The position numbers and the translations under genes were made by a program. From Eledone cirrhosa (taxonomy: Eukaryota), in the NCBI GenBank assembly GCA_964016885.1, contig OZ024744.1, forward strand, positions 110,732,001-110,796,000: a DNA stretch of 64,000 nucleotides, read 5' to 3'. This document shows positions 1-15,700 of this stretch, piece by piece. The notes beneath the pieces were generated by a model. It ran no database searches. It was not told the origin of the DNA and saw nothing but the letters and a program-made list of their open reading frames with translations. The first letter of the stretch is position 1. Every line of letters begins with the position of its first letter.

Positions 1-2659
1 TTACCTTGCTCTGAACAGAGTAAAACTACACTATCCACTATAACTTAACTGGCCCTGAACACAGTAAAACTACACAATCCATAATAAGTTACCTTGCTCT
101 GAACAGAGTAAAACTACACTATCCACTATAACTTAACTGGCCCTGAACACAGTAAAACTACACAATCCACTATAACTTAACTGGCCCTGAACACAATAAA
201 ACTACACAAACCACAATAAATTACCTTGCTCTAAATACAGTAAAGCTAGACAATCCACTATAACTTAACTTGCCCTGAACACAGTAAAACTACACAATCC
301 ACTATAAATTACCTTGCCCCGAACACAGTAAAACTACACAATCCACTATAACTTACTTTGCCATGAACACAGTAAAACTAAACAATCCACTATAACTTAC
401 CTTGCCCTGAACACAGTAAAACTACACAATCCACTATAACTGAACTGGCCCTGAACACAGTAAAACTACACAATCCACTATAACTTACCTTGCTCTGAAC
501 ACAGTAAAACTACACAATCCACTATAACTTAACTGGCCCTGAACACAGTAAAACTACACAATCCACTATAACTTACCTTGCCCTGAACACAGTAAAACTA
601 AACAATCCACTATAACTTACATTGCCCTGAACACAGTAAAACTAAACAAACCACTATAAATTAACTTGCCCTGAACACAGTAAAATTACACAATCCACTA
701 TAGTTTACCTTGCCCTGAACACAGTAAAACTACACAATCCACTATAAATTACCTTGCCCTGAACACAGTAAAACTACTTAATTCACTATAACTAACCTTG
801 CCCTGAACACAGTAAAACTACACAATACACTATACCTAACCTTGCCCTGAACACAGTAAAACTACACAATCCACTATAACTTACCTTGCTCTGAACACAG
901 TAAAACTACACAATCCACTCTACCTTACCTTGCCCTGAACACAGTAAAACTACACAATCCACTATAACTTAACTGGCCCTGAACACAGTAAACTACAGAA
1001 TCCACTATAACTTACCTTGCACTGAACACAGTAAACTACAGAATCCACTATAACTTACCTTGCCCAGAACAAATTAAAACTACGTAATCCACTATACCTT
1101 ACCTTGCCCTGAACACAGTAAAACTACACAATCCACTATAGCTTACATTTCTCTGAACACAGTAAAACTACACAATCCACTATAGCTTACCTTGCCCTGA
1201 ACACAGTAAAACTACGTGATCCACTATAACTTACCTTGCCCTGAACACAGTAAAACTACACAATCCACTATAGCTTACCTTGCCCTGAACACAGTAAAAC
1301 TACGTGATCCACTATAACTTACCTTGCTCTGAACAGAGTAAAACTACACAATCCACTATAACTTACCTTGCCCTGAACACAGTAAACTACAGAATCCACT
1401 ATAACTTACCTTGCCCAGAACAAAGTAAAACTACGTAATCCACTATAGCTTACATTGCCCCTAAAACAGTAAAACTACACAATCCACTATAACTTATCTT
1501 GCCCTGATCACAGTAAAACTACACAATCACTATAACTTTTTTTGCCCTGAACACAGTGAAACTACACAAACCACTATAAATTACCTTGCTCTAAACACAG
1601 TAAAACTACACAATACACTATAACTTACCTTGCCCAGAACAAAGTAAAACTACGTAATCCACTATAACTAACCTTGCCCTGAACACAGTAAAATTACACA
1701 ATCCACTATAGCTTACCTTGCCCCGAAAACAGTAAAACTACACAATCCACTATAACTTACCTTGCTCTGAACACAGGAAAACTACACAATCCACTATAAC
1801 TGAACTGGCCCTGAACACAGTAAAACTAAACAATCCACTATAAGTTACCTTGCTCTGAACACAGTAAAACTACACAATCCACTATAACTTACTTTGCCCT
1901 GAACACAGTAAAATTACACAATCCACTATAAATTAACTGGCCCTGAACACAGTAAAACTACACAATCCATAATAAGTTACCTTGCTCTGAACAGAGTAAA
2001 ACTACACAATCCACTATAACTTACCTTGCCCTGAACACAGTAAAACTACACAATCCACTATAACTTAACTGGCCCTGAACACAGTAAAACTACACAATCC
2101 ACTATAACTTACATTGCCCTGAACACAGTAAAACTACACAATCCACTATAGCTTACCTTGCCCTGAAAACAGTAAAACTACACAATCCACTATAGCTTAC
2201 CTTGCCCTGAACACATTAAAACTATACAATCCACGATAACTTACCTTGCCCTGAACACAGTAAAACAACACAATCCACTATAAATTACCTTACCCTGAAC
2301 ACAGTAAAACAACACAATCCACTATAAATTACCTTACCCTGATCACAGTAAAACTACACAATCCACTATAACTTACCTTGCCCTGAACACATTAAAACTA
2401 TACAATCCCCGATAACTTACCTTGCCCTGAACACAGTAAAACTAAACAATCCACTATAACTTACTTTGCCCTGAACACAGTAAAACTACACAAACCACTA
2501 TAACTTACCTTGCCCTGAACACAGTAAAACTACACAAACCACTATAACTTACCTTGCCCTGAAAACAGTAAAACTACACTATCCACTATGAATTACCTTG
2601 CCCTGAACACACTAAAACTACACAATCCACTATAACCTACTTTGGCCTGAACACAGTAA

Positions 2660-2900
2660 AATTACACAATCCATAATAAGTTACCTTTCTCTGAACAGAG
2701 TAAAACTACACTATCCACTATAACTTAACTGGCCCTGAACACAGTAAAACTACACAATCCATAATAAGTTACCTTGCTCTGAACAGAGTAAACTACACTA
2801 TCCACTATAACTTAACTGGCCCTGAACACAGTAAAACTACACAATCCATAATAAGTTACCTTGCTCTGAACAGAGTAAAACTACACTATCCACTATAACT
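2660..2900 (+). repeat. Local dimer (2-monomer, 88-bp) higher-order repeat, about 3 copies
   Basis: Marker ccataataag at 2671, 2759 and 2846 (spacings 88 and 87, the latter including one 43-bp unit), alternating with the gaacagag...cactatcc monomer. The same dimer is at 1-140. Confidence 0.85.
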
Positions 2901-5900
2901 TAACTGGCCCTGAACACAGTAAAACTACACAATCCACTATAACTTAACTGGCCCTGAACACAGTAAAACTACACAATCCACTATAACTTAACTGGCCCTG
3001 AACATAGTAAAACTACACAATCCACTATAGCTTACCTTGCCCTGAAAACAGTAAAACTACACAATCCACTATAGCTTACCTTGCCCTGAACACAGTAAAA
3101 CTACACAATCCACTATAAATTACCTTACCCAGAACACAGTAAAATTACACAATCCACTATAACTTACCTTGCCCTGAACACATTAAAACTATACAATCCA
3201 CGATAACTTACCTTGCCCTGAACACAGTAAAACTACACAATCCACTATAACTTACTTTGCCCTGAACACAGTAAAACTACACAAACCACTATAACTTACC
3301 TTGCCCCGAAAACAGAAAAACTACACTATCCACTATAAATTACCTTGCCCTGAAAACAGTAAAACTACACAATCCACTATAAATTACCTTGCCCTGAACA
3401 CAGTAAAACTACACAATCCACTATAACATACTTTGCCATGAACACAGTAAAACTAAACAATCCACTATAACTTAACTTGCCCTGAACACAGTAAAACTAC
3501 ACAATCCACTATAACTGAACTGGCCCTGAACACAGTAAAACTACACAATCCACTACAACTTAATTGGCCCTGAACACAGTAAAACTACACAATCCACTAT
3601 AACTTAACTGGCCCTGAACACAGTAAAACTACACAATCCACTATAACTTACCTTGCTCTGAACACAGTAAAACTACACAATCCACTATAACTTAAGTGGC
3701 CCTGAACACAATAAAACTACACAATCCACTATAACTTACCTTGCCCTGAACACAGTAAAATTAAACAATCCACTATAACTTACTATGCCCTGAACACAGT
3801 AAAACTAAACATACCACTATAAATTACCTTGCCCTGAACACAGTAAAATTACACAATCCACTATAGTTTACCTTGCCCTGAACACAGTAAAACTACACAA
3901 TCCACTATAAATTACCTTGCCCTGAACACAGTAAAACTACACAATCCACTATAACTTGCCTTGCCCTGAACACAGTAAAACTACTTAATTCACTATAACT
4001 TACCTTGCCCTGAACACAGTAAAACTACACAATACACTATACCTAACCTTGCCCTGAACACAGTAAAACTACACAATCCACTATAAATTACCTTGCTCTA
4101 AACACAGTAAAACTGCACAAACCACTATAAATTACCTTGCTCTAAACACAGTAAAGCTAGACAATCCACTATAACTTACCTCGCCCTGAACACAGTAAAA
4201 CTACACAATCCACTATAACTTAACTGGCCCTGAACGCAGTAAAACTAAACATCCACTATATCTTACCTTGCTCTGAACACAGTAAAACTACACAATCCAC
4301 TATAACTTAACTGGCCCTGAACACAGTAAAATTACACAAACCACTATAACTAACCTTGCCCTGATCACAGTAAAACTACACAATCCACTATAGCTTACCT
4401 TGCCCTGAACACAGTAAAACTACACAATCCACTATAACTAAACTGGCCCTGAACACAGTAAAACTACACAATCCACTATAACTAAACTGGCCCTGAACAC
4501 ACTAAACTCCATAATCCACTATAACTTATCTTGCTCTGAACACAGGAAAACTACACAATCCACTATAACTTAACTGGCCCTGAACACAGTAAAACTACAC
4601 AATCCACTATAGCTTACCTTGCCCTGAACACATTAAAACTACACAATCCACTATAACTTACCTTGCCCTGAACACAGTAAAACTGCACAATCCACTATAA
4701 ATTACCTTACCAGAACACAGTAAAACTACACAATCCACTATAACTTACCTTGCCCTGAACACATTAAAACTACACAATCCACTATAACTTACCTTGCCCT
4801 GAACACAGTAAAACAACACAATCCACTATAAATTACCTTACCCTGAACACAGTAAAACTACACAATCCACTAAAACCTGCTTTGCCCTGAACACAGTAAA
4901 ACTACACAATCCACTATAAATTACTTTGCCCTGAAAACAGTAAAACTAAACAATCCACTATAAATTACCTTGCCCTGAAAACAGTAAAACTACACAATCC
5001 ACTACAAATTACCTTGCCCTGAACACAGTAAAACTACACAATCCACTATAACTTACTTTGCCATGAACACAGTAAAACTAAACAATCCACTATAACTTAC
5101 CTTGCCCTGAACACAGTAAAACTACACAATCCACTATAACTGAACTGGCCCTGAACACAGTAAAACTACACAATCCACTATAACTTACCTTGCTCTGAAC
5201 ACAGTAAAATTACACAATCCACTATAACTTAACTGGCCCTGAACACAGTAAAACTACACAATCCACTATAACTTACCTTGCCCTGAACACAGTAAAACTA
5301 AACAATCCACTATAACTTACATTGCCCTGAACACAGTAAAACTAAACAAACCACTATAAATTACCTTGCCCTGAACACAGTAAAATTACACAATCCACTA
5401 TCGTTTACCTTGCCCTGAACACAGTAAAACTACACAATCCACTATGAATTACCTTGCCCTGAACACAGTAAAACTACACAATCCACTATAACTTGCCTTG
5501 CCCTGAACACAGTAAAACTACTTAATTCACTATAACTTACCTTGCCCTGAACACAGTAAAACTACACAATACACTATAACTAACCTTGCCCTGAACACAG
5601 TAAAACTACACAATCCACTATAACTTACCTTGCTCTGAACACAGTAAAACTACACAATCCACTATACCTTACCTTGCCCTGAACACAGTAAAACTACACA
5701 ATCCACTATAACTTAACTGACCCTGAACACAGTAAACTACAGAATCCACTATAACTTACCTTGCACTGAACACAGTAAACTACAGAATCCACTATAACTT
5801 ACCTTGCCCAGAACAAATTAAAACTACGTAATCCACTATACCTTACCTTGCCCTGAACACAGTAAAACTACACAATCCACTATAGCTTACATTGCTCTGA

Positions 5901-6929
5901 ACACAGTAAAACTACACAATCCACTATAGCTTACCTTGCCCTGAACACAGTAAAACTACACAATCCACTATAACTTACCTTGCCCTAAACACAGTAAACT
6001 ACAGAATCCACTATAACTTACCTTGCCCAGAATAAAGTAAAACTATGTAATCCACTATAACTTACCTTGCCCTGAACACAGTAAAATTACACAATCCACT
6101 ATAGCTTACCTTCCCCGAAAACAGTAAAACTACACAATCCACTATAACTTACCTTGCCCTGATCACAGTAAAACTACACAATCACTATAACTTTTTTTGC
6201 CCTGAACACAGTAAAACTACACAAACCACTATAAATTTCCTTGCTCTAAACACAGTAAAGCTAGACAATCCACTATAACTTACCTTGCCCTGAACACAGT
6301 AAAACTACACAATCCACTATAACTTAACTGGCCCTGAACACACTCATCTACAGAATCCACTATAACTTACCTTGCTCTGAACACAGGAAAACTACACAAT
6401 CCACTATAACTTAACTGGCCCTGAACACTGTAATACTAAACAATCCACTATAAGTTACCTTGCTCTGAACACAGTAAAACTACACAATCCACTATAACTT
6501 ACTTTGCCCTGAACACAGTAAAACTACACAAACCACTATAACTTACCTTGCCCTAAAAACAGTAAAACTACACAATCCACTATGAATTACCTTGCCCTGA
6601 AAACAGTAAAACTACACAATCCACTATACATTACCTTGCCCTGAACACACTAAAACTACACAATCCACTATAACTTACTTTGCGCTGAACACAGTAAAAT
6701 TACACAATCCACTATAACTTAACTGGCCCTGAACACAGTAAAACTACACAATCCATAATAAGTTACCTTGCTCTGAACAGAGTAAAACTACACTATCCAC
6801 TATAACTTAACTGCCCCTGAACACAGTAAAACTACACAATCCACTATAGCTTACCTTGCCCTGAAAACAGTAAAACTACACAATCCACTATAGCTTACCT
6901 TGCCCTGAACACATTAAAACTACACAATC

Positions 6930-9900
6930 CACTATAACTTACCTTGCCCTGAACACAGTAAAACTACACAATCCACTATAAATTACCTTACCCAGAACAC
7001 AGTAAAACTACACAATCCACTATAACTTACCTTGCCCTGAACACATTAAAACTATACAATCCACGATAACTTACCTTGCCCTGAACACAGTAACACAACA
7101 CAATCCACTATAAATTACCTTACCCTGAACACAGTAAAACTACACAATCCACTATAACTTACTTTGCCCTGAACACAGTAAAACTACACAAACCACTATA
7201 ACTTACCTTGCCCCGAAAACAGTAAAACTACACAATCCACTATAAATTACCTTGCCCTGAAAACAGTAAAACTACACAATCCACTATAAATTACCTTGCC
7301 CTGAACACAGTAAAACTACACAATCCACTATAACTTACTTTGCCATGAACACAGTAAAACTAAACAATCCACTATAACTTACCTTGCCCTGAACACAGTA
7401 AAACTACACATACCACTATAACTGAACTGGCCCTGAACACAGTAAAACTACACAATCCACTACAACTTAATTGGCCCTGAACACAGTAAAACTACACAAT
7501 CCACTATAACTTATCTGGCCCTGAACACAGTAAAACAACACAATCCACTATAACTTACCTTGCTCTGAACACAGTAAAACTACACAATCCACTATAACTT
7601 AACTGGCCCTGAACACAGTAAAACTACACAATCCACTATAACTTACCTTGCCCTGAACACAGTGAAACTAAACAATCCACTATAACTTACTATGCCCTGA
7701 ACACAGTAAAACTAAACATACCACTATAAATTACCTTGCCCTAAACACAGTAAAATTACACAATCCACTATAGTTTACCTTGCCTTGAACACAGTAAAAC
7801 TACACAATCCACTATAAATTACCTTGCCCTGAACACAGTAAAACTACACAATCCACTATAACTTGCCTTGCCCTGAACACAGTAAAACTACTTAATTCAC
7901 TATAACTTACCTTGCCCTGAACACAGTAAAACTACACAATACACTCTACCTAACCTTGCCCTGAACACAGTAAAACTACACAATCCACTATAAATTACCT
8001 TGCTCTAAACACAGTAAAACTGCACAAACCACTATAAATTACCTTGCTCTAACCACAGTAAAGCTAGACAATCCACTATAACTTACCTTGCCCTGAACGC
8101 AGTAAAACTACACAATCCACTATATCTTACCTTGCTCTGAACACAGGAAAACTACACAATCCACTATAACTTAACTGGCCCTGAACACAGTAAAACTACA
8201 CAATCCACTATAACTTAACTGGCCCTGATCACAGTAAAACTACACAATCACTATAACTTTTTTTGCCCTGAACACAGTAAAACTACACAAACCACTATCA
8301 ATTTCCTTGCTCTAAACACAGTAAAGCTAGACAATCCACTATAACTTACCTTGCCCTGAACACAGTAAAACTACACAATCCACTATAACTTAACTGGCCC
8401 TGAACACACTAATCTACAGAATCCACTATAACTTACCTTGCTCTGAACACAGGAAAACTACACAATCCACTATAACTTAACTGGCCCTGAACACAGTTAA
8501 ACTACACAATCCACTATAACTAAACTGGCCCTGAACACACTAAACTACAGAATCCACTCTAACTTACTTTGCTCTGAACACAGGAAAACTACACAATCCA
8601 CTATAACTTAACTGGCCCTGAACACTGTAAAACTACACAATCCACTATAACTGAACTGGCCCTGAACACAGTAAAACTAAACAATCCACTATAATTTACC
8701 TTGCTCTGAACACAGTAAAACTACACAATCCACTATAACTTACCTTGCTCTGAACACAGTAAAACTACACAATCCACTATAACTTACTTTGCCCTGAACA
8801 CAGTAAAACTACACAAACAACTATAAATTACCTTACACTGAACACAGTAAAACTACATAATCCACTATAACTTACCTTGCCCTGAAAACAGTAAATCTAC
8901 ACTATCCACTATGAATTACCTTGCCCTGAAAACAGTAAAACTTCACAATCCACTATACATTACCTTGCCCTGAACACACTAAAACTACACAATCCACTAT
9001 AACTTACTTTGCCCTGAACACAGTAAAATTACACAATCCACTATAACTTAACTGGCCCTGAACACAGTAAAACTACACAATCCACTATAACTTACTTTGC
9101 CCTGAACACAGTAAAACTACACAATCCACTATAAATTACCTTGCCCTGAAAACAGTAAAACTACACAATCCACTATAAATTACCTTGCCCTGAAAACAGT
9201 AAAACTACACAATCCACTATAAATTACCTTGCCCTGAACACAGTAAAACTACACAATCCACTATAACTTACTTTGCCATGAACACAGTAAAACTAAACAA
9301 TCCACTATAACTTACCTTGCCCTGAACACAGTAAAACTACACAATCCACTATAACTGAACTGGCCCTGAACACAGTAAAACTACACAATCCACTATAACT
9401 TACCTTGCTCTGAACACAGTAAAACTACACAATCCACTATAACTTACCTTGCCCTGAACACAGTAAAACTAAACAATCCACTATAACTTACATTGCCCTG
9501 AACACAGTAAAACTAAACAAACCACTATAAATTACCTTGCCCTGAACACAGTAAAATTACACAATCCATTATAGTTTACCTTGCCCTGAACACAGTAAAA
9601 CTACACAATACACTATAAATTACCTTGCCCTGAACACAGTAAAACTACACAATCCACTATAACTTGCCTTGCCCTGAACACAGTAAAACTACTTAATTCA
9701 CTATAACTTACCTTGCCCTGAACACAGTAAAACTACTTAATTCACTATAACTTACCTTGCCCTGAACACAGTAAAACTACACAATCCACTATAACTTACC
9801 TTGCCCTGAACACAGTAAAACTAAACAATCCACTATAACTTACATTGCCCTGAACACAGTAAAACTAAACAAACCACTATAAATTACCTTGCCCTGAACA

Positions 9901-12900
9901 CAGTAAAATTACACAATCCACTATCGTTTACCTTGCCCTGAACACAGTAAAACTACACAATCCACTATAAGTTACCTTGCTCTGAACACAGTAAAACTAC
10001 ACAATCCACTATAACTTAACTGGCCCTGAACACAGTAAAACTACACAATCCACTATAACTTACCTTGCCCTGAACACAGTAAAACTACACAATCCACTAT
10101 AACTTACCTTGCACTGAACACAGTAAAACTACACAATCCACTATAACTTACCTTGCCCTGAACACAGTAAAACTACACAATCCACTATAACTTACCTTGC
10201 CCTGAACACAGTAAAACTACACAATCCACTATAACTTAACTGACCCTGAACACAGTAAACTACAGAATCCACTATAACTTACCTTGCACTGAACACAGTA
10301 AACTACAGAATCCACTATAACTTACCTTGCCCAGAACAAATTAAAACTACGTAATCCACTATACCTTACCTTGCCCTGAACACAGTAAAACTACACAATC
10401 CACTATAGCTTACATTGCTCTGAACACAGTAAAACTACACAATCCACTATAGCTTACCTTGCCCTGAACACAGTAAAACTACACAATCCACTATAACTTA
10501 CCTTGCCCTGAACACAGTAAAACTACACAATCCACTATAACTTACCTTGCCCTAAACACAGTAAACTACAGAATCCACTATAACTTACCTTGCCCAGAAC
10601 AAAGTAAAACTATGTAATCCACTATAACTTACCTTGCCCTGAACACAGTAAAATTACACAATCCACTATAGCTTACCTTGCCCCGAAAACAGTAAAACTA
10701 CACAATCCACTATAACTTACCTTGCCCTGATCACAGTAAAACTACACAATCACTATAACTTTTTTTGCCCTGAACACAGTAAAACTACACAAACCACTAT
10801 AAATTTCCTTGCTCTAAACACAGTAAAGCTAGACAATCCACTATAACTTACCTTGCCCTGAACACAGTAAAACTACACAATCCACTATAACTTAACTGGC
10901 CCTGAACACACTAATCTACAGAATCCACTATAACTTACCTTGCTCTGAACACAGGAAAACTACACAATCCACTATAACTTAACTGGCCCTGAACACTGTA
11001 AAACTACACAATCCACTATAACTGAACTGGCCCTGAACACAGTAATACTAAACAATCCACTATAAGTTACCTTGCTCTGAACACAGTAAAACTACACACT
11101 CCACTATAACTTACTTTGCCCTGAACACAGTAAAACTACACAAACCACTATAACTTACCTTGCCCTAAAAACAGTAAAACTACACAATCCACTATGAATT
11201 ACCTTGCCCTGAAAACAGTAAAACTACACAATCCACTATACATTACCTTGCCCTGAACACACTAAAACTACACAATCCATTATAACTTACTTTGCGCTGA
11301 ACACAGTAAAACTACACAATCCACTATAAATTACCTTACCCAGAACACAGTAAAACTACACAATCCACTATAACTTACCTTGCCCTGAACACATTAAAAC
11401 TATACAATCCACGATAACTTACCTTGCCCTGAACACAGTAACACAACACAATCCACTATAAATTACCTTACCCTGAACACAGTAAAACTACACAATCCAC
11501 TATAACTTACTTTGCCCTGAACACAGTAAAACTACACAAACCACTATAACTTACCTTGCCCCGAAAACAGTAAAACTACACAATCCACTATAAATTACCT
11601 TGCCCTGAAAACAGTAAAACTACACAATCCACTATAAATTACCTTGCCCTGAACACAGTAAAACTACACAATCCACTATAACTTACTTTGCCATGAACAC
11701 AGTAAAACTAAACAATCCACTATAACTTACCTTGCCCTGAACACAGTAAAACTACACATACCACTATAACTGAACTGGCCCTGAACACAGTAAAACTACA
11801 CAATCCACTACAACTTAATTGGCCCTGAACACAGTAAAACTACACAATCCACTATAACTTATCTGGCCCTGAACACAGTAAAACAACACAATCCACTATA
11901 ACTTACCTTGCTCTGAACACAGTAAAACTACACAATCCACTATAACTTAACTGGCCCTGAACACAGTAAAACTACACAATCCACTATAACTTACCTTGCC
12001 CTGAACACAGTGAAACTAAACAATCCACTATAACTTACTATGCCCTGAACACAGTAAAACTAAACATACCACTATAAATTACCTTGCCCTAAACACAGTA
12101 AAATTACACAATCCACTATAGTTTACCTTGCCTTGAACACAGTAAAACTACACAATCCACTATAAATTACCTTGCCCTGAACACAGTAAAACTACACAAT
12201 CCACTATAACTTGCCTTGCCCTGAACACAGTAAAACTACTTAATTCACTATAACTTACCTTGCCCTGAACACAGTAAAACTACACAATACACTCTACCTA
12301 ACCTTGCCCTGAACACAGTAAAACTACACAATCCACTATAAATTACCTTGCTCTAAACACAGTAAAACTGCACAAACCACTATAAATTACCTTGCTCTAA
12401 CCACAGTAAAGCTAGACAATCCACTATAACTTACCTTGCCCTGAACGCAGTAAAACTACACAATCCACTATATCTTACCTTGCTCTGAACACAGGAAAAC
12501 TACACAATCCACTATAACTTAACTGGCCCTGAACACAGTAAAACTACACAATCCACTATAACTTAACTGGCCCTGATCACAGTAAAACTACACAATCACT
12601 ATAACTTTTTTTGCCCTGAACACAGTAAAACTACACAAACCACTATCAATTTCCTTGCTCTAAACACAGTAAAGCTAGACAATCCACTATAACTTACCTT
12701 GCCCTGAACACAGTAAAACTACACAATCCACTATAACTTAACTGGCCCTGAACATACTAATCTACAGAATCCACTATAACTTACCTTGCTCTGAACACAG
12801 GAAAACTACACAATCCACTATAACTTAACTGGCCCTGAACACAGTTAAACTACACAATCCACTATAACTAAACTGGCCCTGAACACACTAAACTACAGAA

Positions 12901-15700
12901 TCCACTCTAACTTACTTTGCTCTGAACACAGGAAAACTACACAATCCACTATAACTTAACTGGCCCTGAACACTGTAAAACTACACAATCCACTATAACT
13001 GAACTGGCCCTGAACACAGTAAAACTAAACAATCCACTATAATTTACCTTGCTCTGAACACAGTAAAACTACACAATCCACTATAACTTACCTTGCTCTG
13101 AACACAGTAAAACTACACAATCCACTATAACTTACCTTGCTCTGAACACAGTAAAACTACACAATCCACTATAACTTACTTTGCCCTGAACACAGTAAAA
13201 CTACACAAACAACTATAAATTACCTTACACTGAACACAGTAAAACTACATAATCCACTATAACTTACCTTGCCCTGAAAACAGTAAATCTACACTATCCA
13301 CTATGAATTACCTTGCCCTGAAAACAGTAAAACTTCACAATCCACTATACATTACCTTGCCCTGAACACACTAAAACTACACAATCCACTATAACTTACT
13401 TTGCCCTGAACACAGTAAAATTACACAATCCACTATAACTTAACTGGCCCTGAACACAGTAAAACTACACAATCCACTATAACTTACTTTGCCCTGAACA
13501 CAGTAAAACTACACAATCCACTATAAATTACCTTGCCCTGAAAACAGTAAAACTACACAATCCACTATAAATTACCTTGCCCTGAAAACAGTAAAACTAC
13601 ACAATCCACTATAAATTACCTTGCCCTGAACACAGTAAAACTACACAATCCACTATAACTTACTTTGCCATGAACACAGTAAAACTAAACAATCCACTAT
13701 AACTTACCTTGCCCTGAACACAGTAAAACTACACAATCCACTATAACTGAACTGGCCCTGAACACAGTAAAACTACACAATCCACTATAACTTACCTTGC
13801 TCTGAACACAGTAAAACTACACAATCCACTATAACTTACCTTGCCCTGAACACAGTAAAACTAAACAATCCACTATAACTTACATTGCCCTGAACACAGT
13901 AAAACTAAACAAACCACTATAAATTACCTTGCCCTGAACACAGTAAAATTACACAATCCATTATAGTTTACCTTGCCCTGAACACAGTAAAACTACACAA
14001 TACACTATAAATTACCTTGCCCTGAACACAGTAAAACTACACAATCCACTATAACTTGCCTTGCCCTGAACACAGTAAAACTACTTAATTCACTATAACT
14101 TACCTTGCCCTGAACACAGTAAAACTACTTAATTCACTATAACTTACCTTGCCCTGAACACAGTAAAACTACACAATCCACTATAACTTACCTTGCCCTG
14201 AACACAGTAAAACTAAACAATCCACTATAACTTACATTGCCCTGAACACAGTAAAACTAAACAAACCACTATAAATTACCATGCCCTGAACACAGTAAAA
14301 TTACACAATCCACTATCGTTTACCTTGCCCTGAACACAGTAAAACTACACAATCCACTATAAGTTACCTTGCTCTGAACACAGTAAAACTACACAATCCA
14401 CTATAACTTAACTGGCCCTGAACACAGTAAAACTACACAATCCACTATAACTTACCTTGCCCTGAACACAGTAAAACTACACAATCCACTATAACTTACC
14501 TTGCACTGAACACAGTAAAACTACACAATCCACTATAACTTACCTTGCCCTGAACACAGTAAAACTACACAATCCACTATAACTTACCTTGCCCTGAACA
14601 CAGTAAAACTACACAATCCACTATAACTTAACTGACCCTGAACACAGTAAACTACAGAATCCACTATAACTTACCTTGCACTGAACACAGTAAACTACAG
14701 AATCCACTATAACTTACCTTGCCCAGAACAAATTAAAACTACGTAATCCACTATACCTTACCTTGCCCTGAACACAGTAAAACTACACAATCCACTATAG
14801 CTTACATTGCTCTGAACACAGTAAAACTACACAATCCACTATAGCTTACCTTGCCCTGAACACAGTAAAACTACACAATCCACTATAACTTACCTTGCCC
14901 TGAACACAGTAAAACTACACAATCCACTATAACTTACCTTGCCCTAAACACAGTAAACTACAGAATCCACTATAACTTACCTTGCCCAGAACAAAGTAAA
15001 ACTATGTAATCCACTATAACTTACCTTGCCCTGAACACAGTAAAATTACACAATCCACTATAGCTTACCTTGCCCCGAAAACAGTAAAACTACACAATCC
15101 ACTATAACTTACCTTGCCCTGATCACAGTAAAACTACACAATCACTATAACTTTTTTTGCCCTGAACACAGTAAAACTACACAAACCACTATAAATTTCC
15201 TTGCTCTAAACACAGTAAAGCTAGACAATCCACTATAACTTACCTTGCCCTGAACACAGTAAAACTACACAATCCACTATAACTTAACTGGCCCTGAACA
15301 CACTAATCTACAGAATCCACTATAACTTACCTTGCTCTGAACACAGGAAAACTACACAATCCACTATAACTTAACTGGCCCTGAACACTGTAAAACTACA
15401 CAATCCACTATAACTGAACTGGCCCTGAACACAGTAATACTAAACAATCCACTATAAGTTACCTTGCTCTGAACACAGTAAAACTACACACTCCACTATA
15501 ACTTACTTTGCCCTGAACACAGTAAAACTACACAAACCACTATAACTTACCTTGCCCTAAAAACAGTAAAACTACACAATCCACTATGAATTACCTTGCC
15601 CTGAAAACAGTAAAACTACACAATCCACTATACATTACCTTGCCCTGAACACACTAAAACTACACAATCCATTATAACTTACTTTGCGCTGAACACAGTA
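6930..15700 (+). repeat. Tandem duplication of a 99-100-monomer block (4,348-4,392 bp); related partial copies extend to about 5.0 kb and 17.4 kb
   Basis: Rare markers recur at fixed offsets: taacacaaca 7091/11439 (+4348), aaccacagtaaagct 8051/12399 (+4348), ctatcgttta 9921/14313 (+4392), actacacactcc 11091/15483 (+4392), tgcgctg 11293/15685 (+4392). Confidence 0.9.
10146..10201 (-). other. Representative splice-cassette motif of the consensus monomer (acceptor, 6-nt segment, donor); motif only, function not shown
   Basis: On the - strand: GGCAAG (10201-10196), then GTAAGTTATAGTGGATTGTGTAGTTTTACTGTGTTCAG (10195-10158, 38 nt), then GGCAAG (10157-10152), then GTAAGT (10151-10146). Confidence refers to functional use, not to the presence of the motif. 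Confidence 0.25.
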
